Shown one piece after another: positions 23,273 through 33,252 of a stretch of 64,000 nucleotides of DNA; the stretch's first letter is position 1; each line of letters opens with the position of its first letter. This stretch comes from Naegleria gruberi (Eukaryota): the NCBI GenBank assembly GCA_000004985.1, contig GG738906.1, one strand, 5' to 3'. A model generated the notes under the pieces. It saw only the letters and a program-made list of their open reading frames with translations, did not search any database and was not told the origin of the DNA. A program made the position numbers and the translations under genes.

Positions 23273-26254
23273 TTACTTTCTTTTGGTATTTATTTTGGGA
23301 AGCCTAAAATTTTCACCTGAGTCAGTACTTCTAGAGGAGATGGATCTCAAATCCATATCACTTTCAATTTGGGCCGTGTGTGTGACCAGATTTTGTTTGG
23401 TATTGGTTTTTGGTTTTGAAGGTGTTGGAGCGCTGCTTCCTGAGTTCTTTTTAAACATTTCCAACCTTTTCATTGGGTCTTTTCTTTCTTCTTTCAATTT
23501 TTTTTGCATTTTCAACTTGTTCATTCTCTTGTTTTTGGCGAACAAATCTTTAGCTGTTTCAATATTCTTAAAGTTCCAATTATTTTTTAAGGCTTCAAGA
23601 TTTGGGTTCGTTCCATTTTGGCTATCAGAAATGGAATTTTTCAAAATACTATTTGAACTGATTCTAATGGAGTCATCTACATCCTCGTCTTCAACATTTT
23701 CTGAGGTATTGATTGTTGATGTATTCACCTCGTCATCCTCATTAGATATCCATTTCTGATTTTTGGAAAGAGTTGAACTTGATGGTTGAGTAGGGAAAAA
23801 GTGTTCCTTGATATTTTCATCACCTCCATGACTTGTTTTGGTATTTACATCATAATAGTACACTTCGAATTTTCTATTCTTTCTTTTTTCTGGAATTTTT
23901 ACATCTATTAAATCAGTATCCACACCTGTATATTCCAAATCGTCAACTGCATTTTCCAACTCAAATATTTCATCAGCTTCGAATTGTCTAGCCCTTTTTA
24001 AAATAGTTCTAACTCTGTATCCTTTCCAAACAGATTGAATCTTGGTTGCAGCTAGGTGTCTCGTATGAAGAGCCTTAAGAATCCAAGGGAGGTTCTTTTT
24101 TCTGGAAATGTAGCCCTTCCACACCTTTTGAATTTTAACCGCTGCCTCATTCTTAAGTTGATCGTTGTGTTTTCTTTTTGCTACTCGCCAGAATCTGAAC
24201 CATCTCTGGATTAGACATACCGAGTGTATTTTGTTAACCTTTTCCTGGTATTCAGTATTTTGACTGAAATGGTTTTGGTGTTTTTTAGGATTAAAGTTCA
24301 AGTGCTCCTCAAAGTGCTTTGATTTTTGTTCTGACTTTTGCTCATACTGGGATAAACGGGTGTCCAATCTCTTTGAGAAACGTTGCTGAACCTTTTGAAA
24401 GCTCCTCTCATCAAATCTCTCAGCACTAAGGCATTGATGGTAATTATTGAATTGAGATCGCTCAATAACTTGTTTGGAACACATATAATAGTAGGTGGTT
24501 TTTGTATTCCACTCTGTTATTGGAAGGGCTTGTAAACTCCTTTGGGACTTGTCCAAGGTGATGGCATCTCTCATAAATTTATATGAATTTTCTCTCAATT
24601 GATTTGCCTCAATTGACGGAACGCAGATTTTTAGTGAATGATTGATAAATGACACCAAATGGCCCACCAATCTTGGAGAATAGTGAACAAGATGAGAAAC
24701 TACACTAAATCTTGAATTCATGCTTACAGGCTCACCATCAAGATTGTTCAAATTTGGGAGAATTCCAATCAATAATTCTCTATATAAAACACCCTTACAT
24801 ATTGGGTTGTCATTGATTTTAACTTCCTCAATGTTTCTACAATATTTTAGGTGTAATATCTCATCTATTGATTGTATATTGTTGAAAGATAAATTAACAT
24901 TCCTCAACATGATACAATTTGAGAGTGGTGATATGTGTTCAATCTTGTTATTGCTCAAGTTCAAATATTGCAAAAGAGGGGAAAATAAAAATTGGTTAGG
25001 AAGCTGAACAATTTGGTTGGTATTCAAATACAAACTCTTTAAAAGTACTTGATGAAAGGATGGAACTTGCATTATTTTGTTTTGGTACAGTATTAAATCC
25101 TCTAACAATAGGTTATACCTCAAGAAATTGTGAAGAGATTCTAATTCGTTGTATCCACAATCCAAGTATTGTAAATTTGAAAATCCATCCAACACTCTTA
25201 AATCTGATATTTGATTAATATCCACTCGTAAATATTGTAAATTTCTATTATTTTGTAATCCACTCAAGTCTTGAATTTTGTTATTACACATATTAATACC
25301 TCTTAATTGGCAAGTATTTCTTAAAGAACCAAGAGAAGTAATATTATTTCCTATGGCATACAATTCTTTGAGTTTTGAAGCTATTTCTCTGTTCATTTGA
25401 ATTGAGGTTAACCTGTTATCATTTAGTGATAAGCACTCAAGTTGATTCAAATTTTTAAGCGTACCCAAAGATTGAAGAACGTTGGTATCAAGAAAAAGTG
25501 CTCTCAAATTATAGAATGGCTCGAAAACTCTTTCTTTGATTGAAGATATTTCTTCTCCTCTAATATTGATCAATACGACTGTGTTGTCATCCTTTTCAAA
25601 AGGCATGTTGTTCTCCAGTTTTTCTTCATCAAGAATTGAAAAAGGCTTTGAAAGAGATGAAGAGGAACTGTCTTTCACAAGTGTTGGTGTTGGGAGTGGG
25701 GGAGGTTTTGAGAAATTTTTGATTGTTGCTCTCCACCTTTCAAAGTCCTGGAATAGAGTCCAACATTTTGACTTTCTAGAATTCTCTACTGACTCTAATA
25801 TACATTTGATAATGTACAGTCTTTTGATAGATTTTAAACGATCTCTTTCCCTCTTCTTTTCTTCTTCAATCCTCTTTTGTTCCATATCTCTTTTGAGCTT
25901 TTCCTCCTCTTGTTGTTTCCTTCTCTTATCCTCTTCTATTCTCTTAATTTCCTGCTCTTTTCTTATTCTTTCTTCTTCTTCTTTTTTTTTCTTTTCCACT
26001 TCCTTGAGTTTTTTGTCATTGTCAATTTTTTTCTTTCTTTGAAGAGCTTTTTCTGTTTTTAATGCTTCGATTTGTTTCCTTTCTTGTTCTTCCTTGAGTC
26101 TTTGCTCTTCTTGTTTCTTGAGCATTAACTTTTCTAGGATCTCTTGTTTTTCAATTTCCTGCTGCAGTTCTTCTTCTTTTTTTTTCTGGGCTGCTACAAT
26201 TTGTCTCTCTATTTCAGCTTGCTGTTTCTTGAATAAGATTTCTTGTTGCTCCAA
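23273..26254 (-). CDS. Leucine-rich-repeat + IQ-motif protein (CEP97/LRRIQ-like) with an N-terminal K/E-rich coiled coil
   Basis: About 12 SDS22-type LRRs plus an LRRcap, then three IQ motifs (IQRWFRFWR, IQKVWKGYISRKK, IQSVWKGYRVR). The reading frame remains open upstream to 26569, so the real N-terminus lies upstream. Confidence 0.6.
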   Translation of the reverse strand: MEQQEILFKKQQAEIERQIVAAQKKKEEELQQEIEKQEILEKLMLKKQEEQRLKEEQERKQIEALKTEKALQRKKKIDNDKKLKEVEKKKKEEEERIRKEQEIKRIEEDKRRKQQEEEKLKRDMEQKRIEEEKKRERDRLKSIKRLYIIKCILESVENSRKSKCWTLFQDFERWRATIKNFSKPPPLPTPTLVKDSSSSSLSKPFSILDEEKLENNMPFEKDDNTVVLINIRGEEISSIKERVFEPFYNLRALFLDTNVLQSLGTLKNLNQLECLSLNDNRLTSIQMNREIASKLKELYAIGNNITSLGSLRNTCQLRGINMCNNKIQDLSGLQNNRNLQYLRVDINQISDLRVLDGFSNLQYLDCGYNELESLHNFLRYNLLLEDLILYQNKIMQVPSFHQVLLKSLYLNTNQIVQLPNQFLFSPLLQYLNLSNNKIEHISPLSNCIMLRNVNLSFNNIQSIDEILHLKYCRNIEEVKINDNPICKGVLYRELLIGILPNLNNLDGEPVSMNSRFSVVSHLVHYSPRLVGHLVSFINHSLKICVPSIEANQLRENSYKFMRDAITLDKSQRSLQALPITEWNTKTTYYYMCSKQVIERSQFNNYHQCLSAERFDERSFQKVQQRFSKRLDTRLSQYEQKSEQKSKHFEEHLNFNPKKHQNHFSQNTEYQEKVNKIHSVCLIQRWFRFWRVAKRKHNDQLKNEAAVKIQKVWKGYISRKKNLPWILKALHTRHLAATKIQSVWKGYRVRTILKRARQFEADEIFELENAVDDLEYTGVDTDLIDVKIPEKRKNRKFEVYYYDVNTKTSHGGDENIKEHFFPTQPSSSTLSKNQKWISNEDDEVNTSTINTSENVEDEDVDDSIRISSNSILKNSISDSQNGTNPNLEALKNNWNFKNIETAKDLFAKNKRMNKLKMQKKLKEERKDPMKRLEMFKKNSGSSAPTPSKPKTNTKQNLVTHTAQIESDMDLRSISSRSTDSGENFRLPKINTKRK

Positions 26255-26564
26255 CTGTTTCTTGACTTTTTCATTCTCTTGTCTTTCTTCATCATCTCTT
26301 TTTCTCTTCTCTTCTTGATATTTTCTTTGTTTTTCCCTAAGTTCAAACTCTTGCTTTTTCCTTTCTATTTCTCGTTCTCTTTCTTCCTCCTCGAATTTCT
26401 TTTTTAAAAGCTCTGAAGAAGAATTGTCAATGGCTTCTTCTGAAATTGTGATAATATCTACTGTAGTATTCGCTGGTTTGAAATTATTTTGAGATTTCTC
26501 TGTGTTGGGATTGATGGATGTCTTGGCAGGGGTGATAATTTTTGGTACAATTTGAACTTTTTCT

Positions 26565-27113
26565 TCAACCTATAATCCAATAACTGTTTGTTTCATTAGG
26601 ATTCCAATTAAATCTACTTACAGCAATGGTAACAGATTCTTTGAGTTCTTTTACGGAAGTCAAATAATTTTCAATAAAATCATCCTCATCCAACATTTTT
26701 CTCACCTCATCAATGTCTTCTCCAAAATTAAAATCCTGTTTTGATTCAAATGTTGTTAAGAAAGCTCCATCACCTGATTGCAACTCATTTCTCTTATTCA
26801 CCAACGATTCAAACTCATCCACATATCTGTTGTAATCATCATAGGAAGAGCGAAGAGAAGAAATATCTGTTAATGTGGCCATTACTACAATACCGAAGAA
26901 AAAATACTTACCATCTCTATAATTTTGTTGTTTGAAACTAAATGTACTTGTATTATCGTCACTCTCTTCCTCCTCCTCCAATTCCAAGTTATAATAACTT
27001 AAAAGATCTTTTAGAACAGAATTTGCCCTTGAGGAATCTCTTGGACTACTTATCATGTCATCCATTGTACCTTTAAAACGATCTAAATCCTTCCATAGAA
27101 TTATTGTTATCAT
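26565..27113 (-). CDS. Acidic 182-aa ORF with a true ATG at 27113; probably the 5' exon or portion of the LRR-IQ gene
   Basis: It ends 1 nt out of frame relative to the open LRR-IQ frame, which begins at 26569. No canonical GT-AG intron explains the junction. Confidence 0.3.
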   Translation of the reverse strand: MITIILWKDLDRFKGTMDDMISSPRDSSRANSVLKDLLSYYNLELEEEEESDDNTSTFSFKQQNYRDGKYFFFGIVVMATLTDISSLRSSYDDYNRYVDEFESLVNKRNELQSGDGAFLTTFESKQDFNFGEDIDEVRKMLDEDDFIENYLTSVKELKESVTIAVSRFNWNPNETNSYWIIG

Positions 27114-27245
27114 TAGATAAGTTCGGAACTAGTGGGCTGCTGTTGTTTTTGGCTTGAGCCACATTAATCATCAAATCTATTTATTTTTTTGGTGTTGGTT
27201 TGTACTTGAAAATGGCGGGATAGTTTGTAGTGGGTAAAGGATCCA

Positions 27246-30200
27246 TCAATATTTGCTAGAATAATTTGTAAATGGCTCTACAATCTCATATTCCTCTTCA
27301 AAGGTCTTTTCTTCTGTTGGTTGTGTGGCCGAGTCATTATTGATAATAGTAAGAGCCTTTTCGATTTCCTTAAACCAGTCCAAGCATTCTTCTTTGGTCT
27401 CACAAATAAAGCCAAGCGGAATTCGTTTAGATGGGGTATTAATGATGAGTGTAAACTGGCGTTCTCCTTTATACTTATCATTAATACTCCATTTTTCTTT
27501 TTCTTCCTTATCTGCTATACTTTGGTCTATTTCAATTGGAGGAAAATCTCTTCCAGGAGATAATTGGTCCATTTCGAACGCAGCTTCATCAGTACCCATT
27601 ACAACAGAGGCACCCTTCAAAGGATAGAGGTTGAATCTGGAGACTAGTTTCTGTACAAAGTTTGTTTCCTTAATTATAACAACGTCACTCATTAAATAAA
27701 CTTGGACATAAAGTTCTGTAAATCTAAGTTCTAAAAGGTCTTCAATTGTTTTGTTTTTTACAGCATCCCAATAAGGTGTAACTTGTCCTCTTATTTCAGA
27801 TATAGTTCCCTTATTATACAGCTTGTTCATTACATCTTTCTTAAAGTTGTTGATGCCCTTGTTTTGACCTAGAATCAATCTACCCTCTTTCAAAAAGAAT
27901 CTACCTGGCTTGAGTAAGGATTCGTTCATCTTTAGTTTTTTTTCAATTTCCAATACCTTATATTTGTTATTAATTCTATAAATGTATTCCTCTTGCTCTT
28001 GTACTATATGTCTAAGTTCTCTTACAACAATTCTAAGGTTTTTAAAATCTGGATGAGAATCTGGTGTATATCTCAATATCTTTTGTAAAAACTTTAGGTA
28101 AATGAATAATCTAGTTACAGGAAGAAGAAGGTATGCATCATAGATATGTCCACTACAAATTGGTAACCTCTTTCTTAGTTTGATATACTTGTCAAATTCT
28201 TCATTTGTTTTTCTCAGTTTGTTTAATACTGCTGCTGCATTTTCGTAAACACTTGGATACTTAACATATAATTGTCTAAATTCTTCCAAACGAGTTTCGA
28301 AAACTTTTGAAATTTCTATGGAATCCTCATTTTTCATAGATCGTGCTTGTGTCAGTGGTAAAAGCTTTGATTTGAGGTCAATATATAATCCTCTAGCATT
28401 TCCTATTATGTCTAGAATAACTGAAGGAAGTACACAATCTCTCTCTGAATTTGAAATATTGAATTCATTTCTATTCTTACAAATATCAAGTAAAGGTTCG
28501 AAAAGTATATCATTAAATACATTCATATGGCTTATATATTCTGTTTCACTATTTAATAATTGCAATAGTAAAACTTGTCGGTTAGGTATGTTCTTTTGAT
28601 ATTGTTCATTGATTTTCTTAATTTCTGGGCTATCTTCTTCGCCTAAACTCTCACTAACACCTCCTCCAAATAGATAATTGGTAGCTTTTACAGACTTTCT
28701 TCTATTTTTTGATTTAATACGCAAATCTTCCTCAGTGTTCAATTTGGAAAGTATAAGGGAAGTTGTATAGTAGAATAAATCATTATCATTGTACTTGAAA
28801 TATTTCAACTTCTTAAGTTGTCTTATATCGTCAGGAACCTCTCTAAGTTCATTTCCTGAAATATTCAGATCCGTTAACGTATTTTTAAGTAGTGATATAT
28901 CATTAGGGAAAATAAGAAGTGAATTTCCACTGAGGTCCAATGTTAAAATATTTGGAAGCTTGAGAATACATCCCGGTACATATTCAAAATTATTGTTACT
29001 TAAATCTAATTCTTTTAACTTTTTCATTTCACAAAAGTTTTCAGGTAATTCATAAAGATAATTATATGGTAAAAATAAATAAGTCAATGACTTTAAAGTA
29101 GTTGCAAACCAGGTAGGTATGGAAGATATGTAGTTATTCGAAATATCCAGAAGTGTAATATTTCCTCCTTCCACGAGGGATTGTATAGGAACTTGTGAGA
29201 GTATGTTGTATCGAAAGTAAACAGCTTGTGTTTTAGAACTTATTGGGGTTGGATTGTGATTTTGTCTGAATGCTCCTTCCCTATCAGTTATTCCATCAAA
29301 TATTTGTTTAAGATTTTTGTGAACAGCAATAGGTTGGTCAATAGAGTGAGACTCAGCTGCCAGCTGTTTGTAATCTAAATCTCCAGAACTTGGTCTCCTA
29401 GATTCCTTATTTGCCTCCTCATTTGCAGTCTCAGATTCCCCATAGTTTACTATCTGTGTTTCTGTGTCAGAATCAGATTCACTATCAGAATAATTTATAC
29501 TATCAGTTGCTGTGCTATCAAAGTCATCTACATTTGCTGTCAAGTTGCCATAACTGATGGATAATCTTTTCCAAGTATTTTTACCTCCATCTATTAAATC
29601 ATTGTCAGAATTTTTAAATTCTGATTTTTCAGTCTTTGCCACTTCTGGAATCGTATCTAATTTTTCTTCTTCTACTGGTTGCTTCAATTCTTTATACATT
29701 TCTCTTAATTCTTTAGTATCCGTAATATCATACTTATTTTTGTTAATATACATTCTTTGCTTTTTTTGTTCCTTCTTATTTGTTTTATATTGTTTTAATG
29801 CTCTTGGTACAGTTGATGTGTTGATTGAGTTTACAAATTCGTATGGTCTGGGCACTGAATAATGATCATCATCAGTTTGGTTGACTGAATCAGTGGTATC
29901 AAAATCTTTCCTGATTGATCTTCTCGGATTACCAAAAGGACCGTTCCTCATTTCTAATGTTTCAAAATCCAATTCATCTATTTGTGTACTAATTTCAAAT
30001 CTTACTTTTTTTCTGGAAAGATTGGATGAGCTGGTATTATTTTTGAGCATGTTGAAATTATAGGTTTGTTGTGATTTGGATGCTTGTGTTTTAGAAGGGT
30101 GAGATATGTTTGTGTTGTAAGACTCATCTAAAAGTTGTACCAAATTTAAAAATGTAATAATGTTCGTTTTAAATGTAATGACTATCGATTGAAGAGCGTA

Positions 30201-30464
30201 TTGAAGTGGCTTGATGAGTGTTGGACATATTATGAGTATTGCTGCAATTATTAAACAAAGAATAACGATATCCGAAGCTATTCGCCCAAAAAATGTTAAT
30301 ATCAAGTACGGAAAGTTTGAAGTATTTGGTGTTGTGGTATTCGCTGAAGTGATTATTTCGGAAATGTTCTCAGAGAGAACCGAAATTACTTGTGTCAGTT
30401 TTTCTTGATGATCATCAAGAGGTGTTGATGAAGTGATATTAAAATAGTTGGCTTGACCATCCAT
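27246..30464 (-). CDS. LRR-containing RhoGEF (Dbl-homology/PH) protein, 1072 aa
   Basis: The central region has LRRs (LDLSGNSL, LNISGNELREVP). The C-terminal part has a DH domain signature (…YLLLPVTRLFIYLKFLQKILRYTP…) followed by a PH-like region. There is an N-terminal hydrophobic segment. Confidence 0.55.
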   Translation of the reverse strand: MDGQANYFNITSSTPLDDHQEKLTQVISVLSENISEIITSANTTTPNTSNFPYLILTFFGRIASDIVILCLIIAAILIICPTLIKPLQYALQSIVITFKTNIITFLNLVQLLDESYNTNISHPSKTQASKSQQTYNFNMLKNNTSSSNLSRKKVRFEISTQIDELDFETLEMRNGPFGNPRRSIRKDFDTTDSVNQTDDDHYSVPRPYEFVNSINTSTVPRALKQYKTNKKEQKKQRMYINKNKYDITDTKELREMYKELKQPVEEEKLDTIPEVAKTEKSEFKNSDNDLIDGGKNTWKRLSISYGNLTANVDDFDSTATDSINYSDSESDSDTETQIVNYGESETANEEANKESRRPSSGDLDYKQLAAESHSIDQPIAVHKNLKQIFDGITDREGAFRQNHNPTPISSKTQAVYFRYNILSQVPIQSLVEGGNITLLDISNNYISSIPTWFATTLKSLTYLFLPYNYLYELPENFCEMKKLKELDLSNNNFEYVPGCILKLPNILTLDLSGNSLLIFPNDISLLKNTLTDLNISGNELREVPDDIRQLKKLKYFKYNDNDLFYYTTSLILSKLNTEEDLRIKSKNRRKSVKATNYLFGGGVSESLGEEDSPEIKKINEQYQKNIPNRQVLLLQLLNSETEYISHMNVFNDILFEPLLDICKNRNEFNISNSERDCVLPSVILDIIGNARGLYIDLKSKLLPLTQARSMKNEDSIEISKVFETRLEEFRQLYVKYPSVYENAAAVLNKLRKTNEEFDKYIKLRKRLPICSGHIYDAYLLLPVTRLFIYLKFLQKILRYTPDSHPDFKNLRIVVRELRHIVQEQEEYIYRINNKYKVLEIEKKLKMNESLLKPGRFFLKEGRLILGQNKGINNFKKDVMNKLYNKGTISEIRGQVTPYWDAVKNKTIEDLLELRFTELYVQVYLMSDVVIIKETNFVQKLVSRFNLYPLKGASVVMGTDEAAFEMDQLSPGRDFPPIEIDQSIADKEEKEKWSINDKYKGERQFTLIINTPSKRIPLGFICETKEECLDWFKEIEKALTIINNDSATQPTEEKTFEEEYEIVEPFTNYSSKY

Positions 30465-30551
30465 TTTTTTAAAGTATTTTTAGGTAACTTCAAGAGGAAT
30501 CCCGCCAATTTTAACAACCGCGCCATAAATTTAAAAAAAATAAACCAAAAA
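30465..30551. promoter_or_regulatory. 87-bp bidirectional promoter region between the LRR-RhoGEF (minus) and MCM2 (plus) start codons
   Basis: The two start codons face away from each other. AT-rich spacer with A-runs before both ATGs. Confidence 0.4.
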
Positions 30552-33143
30552 ATGAATCCGCCAGAAGATGTTGAAACACAAGAGTACGAAGAGGAAATTC
30601 CATTTGATGAAGAGGAGGAGGAAGGTGAAGATTTATTTGCGGATGACGTATTAGAGGAGGACTATACAAAAGGACCAACAGAAGAAGACTTTTATGATGA
30701 GCAATATATTGACAATACTACATACCATCCTATGAGCTATCATGATCGTTTGAACGTTGAAAATTTAATGAATTCTAGAGATGAAGAAGAAGAGGATGAA
30801 ATAGATCAAGCCATTAGACGGAGTGAAAACAAACGTAAGAGTTTGCCTTCTTCCGATGATGCAATTCTACATTTATTGGGAGATGACAATACAGATGAAT
30901 CTCATTCCTTTGAAGAGGACGAAGAAGATGATGGACAAACTTCGTTTGATGAGATTTTTACAGGTGACATTAGAGAAAAAATTGCTATGGAGAGAACAAG
31001 AGCTCTCATATTAAAGGGTTTTAGAAGGTTTTTCACAGAGGAAAAAAGAGAAGTTTATATGGAAGCCATCAAACATGCTGTAGCTAATAATAAGAAATCG
31101 ATAGTTGTCAATTTCACTGATCTTTCAGTTGCTCCTCATCTACTTTTATTATTGACAGATTTACCTGATGCTACCATTGAATTAATGGAAGAAGCTGTAA
31201 ATAGAATTGTAGAATTACAATATCCGAATTATGTGGGAGATGATTTTCATATCAGAATCAAAAACTTGCCAACTGTGGAATCAATTCGTGATTTGAGACA
31301 TTCCAGTTTAAATCAGTTGATATCTGTAAGAGGAGTAGTGACAAGAAGAACTGCCATGTTTCCTCAACTTAAATTTGTAAAGTATGATTGTGTTAAATGT
31401 GGAGAAAGCTTGAGTCCAATAATAGTGAGAAATGCATCAGATGTTTCTAAACCTTCTAGCTGTCCTGGTTGTGCTGGAAAAAACTGTTTCATTATTAATG
31501 AAGCTAAAACTATTTATTCTAATTACCAAAAGATAACAATTCAAGAGCCTCCTGGAACAGTTCCAGCAGGTAGAATACCAAGATCCAAAGATGTGATTCT
31601 TGTTGATGACTTGATTGATTGCACCAGACCTGGAGAGGAAGTTATTGTCACAGGAGTTTATAAACAAAATTATGATGCATTCCTCAATGTGAAACAAGGA
31701 TTCCCAGTGTTTGCCACAATAATAGAAGCCAACTATGTGGAGAAAATATTCGACAAACGAAGTGAAGCCATCACCAAAGAAGATGAAAGAAAGATTCAAC
31801 AATTAGCAAAAAATCCACATATTCAGGAAAAGATTATCAAATCAATAGCACCTTCAATTTTTGGACATGAAGATATTAAGAAGGGTATAGCTTTATCTTT
31901 ATTTGGAGGTGTAAGAAGAGTATCTGAAGAACATACTACAAGAGGTGATATCAATGTTTTACTATTAGGTGATCCAGGTACAGCAAAATCTCAAATCCTT
32001 AAATACATCGAAAAGACAGCAACCAGAGCAGTTTTTACAACTGGTAAAGGTTCTTCTGCAGTTGGTTTAACTGCATCTGTTAAAAAAGATCCAATTAATG
32101 GAGAATGGACTTTGGAAGGAGGTGCTTTAGTGTTGGCAGATGAGGGAGTATGTATGATTGACGAATTTGATAAAATGAACGATCAGGACAGAACTTCTAT
32201 ACACGAAGCTATGGAACAACAAAGTATTTCAATTTCAAAAGCTGGTATTGTAACTACTCTTCAAGCAAGATGTGCAGTTATTGCTGCAGCCAATCCAATT
32301 AGAGGCAGATATGATCCCTCTAAAACATTCCATCAAAATGTGGAACTTTCAGAACCAATTTTATCACGTTTTGATATTTTATTTATTGTAAGAGATACTG
32401 TCGATGAAAAGATAGATGAAAATCTTGCTAAATTTGTTGTAAATAGTCATTTCAATAGTCATCCTAAACAAACCCTGTTACGAAAGGTTCAAGAACAAGA
32501 AGCAGCACGTAGAGAGCTATTAGAAGAAAAGAATGAAGCAACAGAAGAAGATTTTCTTTTCAATAAGGAAGGAATACCACAGGATATGTTTAAAAAATAT
32601 TTAATGATGGCCAAGAGAATAAGACCGAACCTATCTGGTATAAACAAGGAAAGATTGACCAAATTTTATTCTGAACTGAGAAAACACTCTGAGGAAGGTA
32701 GTGGTTTAACAATTACAGCAAGACATTTGGAGTCTATTATCAGAATGTCTGAGGCTAGTGCTAAAATGCATCTCAGATCCACCGTTAATGATAGTGACGT
32801 GAATACTGCCATCTCTGTAATGCTTGAAAGCTTTATTTCTACACAAAAATACTCTGTAGCTGGTTCTCTTAAGAGAAAGTTCAAAAGATATCTTCAATCC
32901 CCAACCGATGATCACCAATTATTACTGCATATTCTCAATGAAATGGTTAAAACAAAAATTTCTTCCATGGCTGATGAAGATGAGGAAGAAGAAGAATTAT
33001 CAATCTCAATTAAGGAATTCAAAAATGAGGTGGCCAAGAATAGAATATTTGACATTTCCACTTTCCTAGACAATGAGGAAGCACTTGCAAAGAAAGGATT
33101 TACAGTATCAGATGGAACAATATTTTGGAAACCCCAACAATAA
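30552..33143 (+). CDS. MCM2: DNA replication licensing factor MCM2
   Basis: Acidic N-terminus, C4 zinc finger CVKCG...CPGC, and an MCM box with Walker A GDPGTAKSQ, Walker B CMIDEFDKM and arginine finger SRFD. The ATG at 30552 lies only 87 bp from the divergent gene start at 30464. Confidence 0.85.
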   Translation: MNPPEDVETQEYEEEIPFDEEEEEGEDLFADDVLEEDYTKGPTEEDFYDEQYIDNTTYHPMSYHDRLNVENLMNSRDEEEEDEIDQAIRRSENKRKSLPSSDDAILHLLGDDNTDESHSFEEDEEDDGQTSFDEIFTGDIREKIAMERTRALILKGFRRFFTEEKREVYMEAIKHAVANNKKSIVVNFTDLSVAPHLLLLLTDLPDATIELMEEAVNRIVELQYPNYVGDDFHIRIKNLPTVESIRDLRHSSLNQLISVRGVVTRRTAMFPQLKFVKYDCVKCGESLSPIIVRNASDVSKPSSCPGCAGKNCFIINEAKTIYSNYQKITIQEPPGTVPAGRIPRSKDVILVDDLIDCTRPGEEVIVTGVYKQNYDAFLNVKQGFPVFATIIEANYVEKIFDKRSEAITKEDERKIQQLAKNPHIQEKIIKSIAPSIFGHEDIKKGIALSLFGGVRRVSEEHTTRGDINVLLLGDPGTAKSQILKYIEKTATRAVFTTGKGSSAVGLTASVKKDPINGEWTLEGGALVLADEGVCMIDEFDKMNDQDRTSIHEAMEQQSISISKAGIVTTLQARCAVIAAANPIRGRYDPSKTFHQNVELSEPILSRFDILFIVRDTVDEKIDENLAKFVVNSHFNSHPKQTLLRKVQEQEAARRELLEEKNEATEEDFLFNKEGIPQDMFKKYLMMAKRIRPNLSGINKERLTKFYSELRKHSEEGSGLTITARHLESIIRMSEASAKMHLRSTVNDSDVNTAISVMLESFISTQKYSVAGSLKRKFKRYLQSPTDDHQLLLHILNEMVKTKISSMADEDEEEEELSISIKEFKNEVAKNRIFDISTFLDNEEALAKKGFTVSDGTIFWKPQQ

Positions 33144-33252
33144 ACTTCAAACTTTTACATTTATTAATCATGGGACATTAAGATATTTAAAATAATAACC
33201 CGCCACCCGCTGTGTTGCAACAGAGTAATTACCGTTAAAAAAAACAGACAAC

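Noticed and set aside
25536-26318. Plus-strand ORFs (168, 61 and 74 aa) rich in S/F/L opposite the LRR-IQ gene
   Set aside because: These are mirror-image artefacts of the (GAA/AAG)n-rich K/E coiled-coil coding region on the minus strand. They are low-complexity and have no start context.
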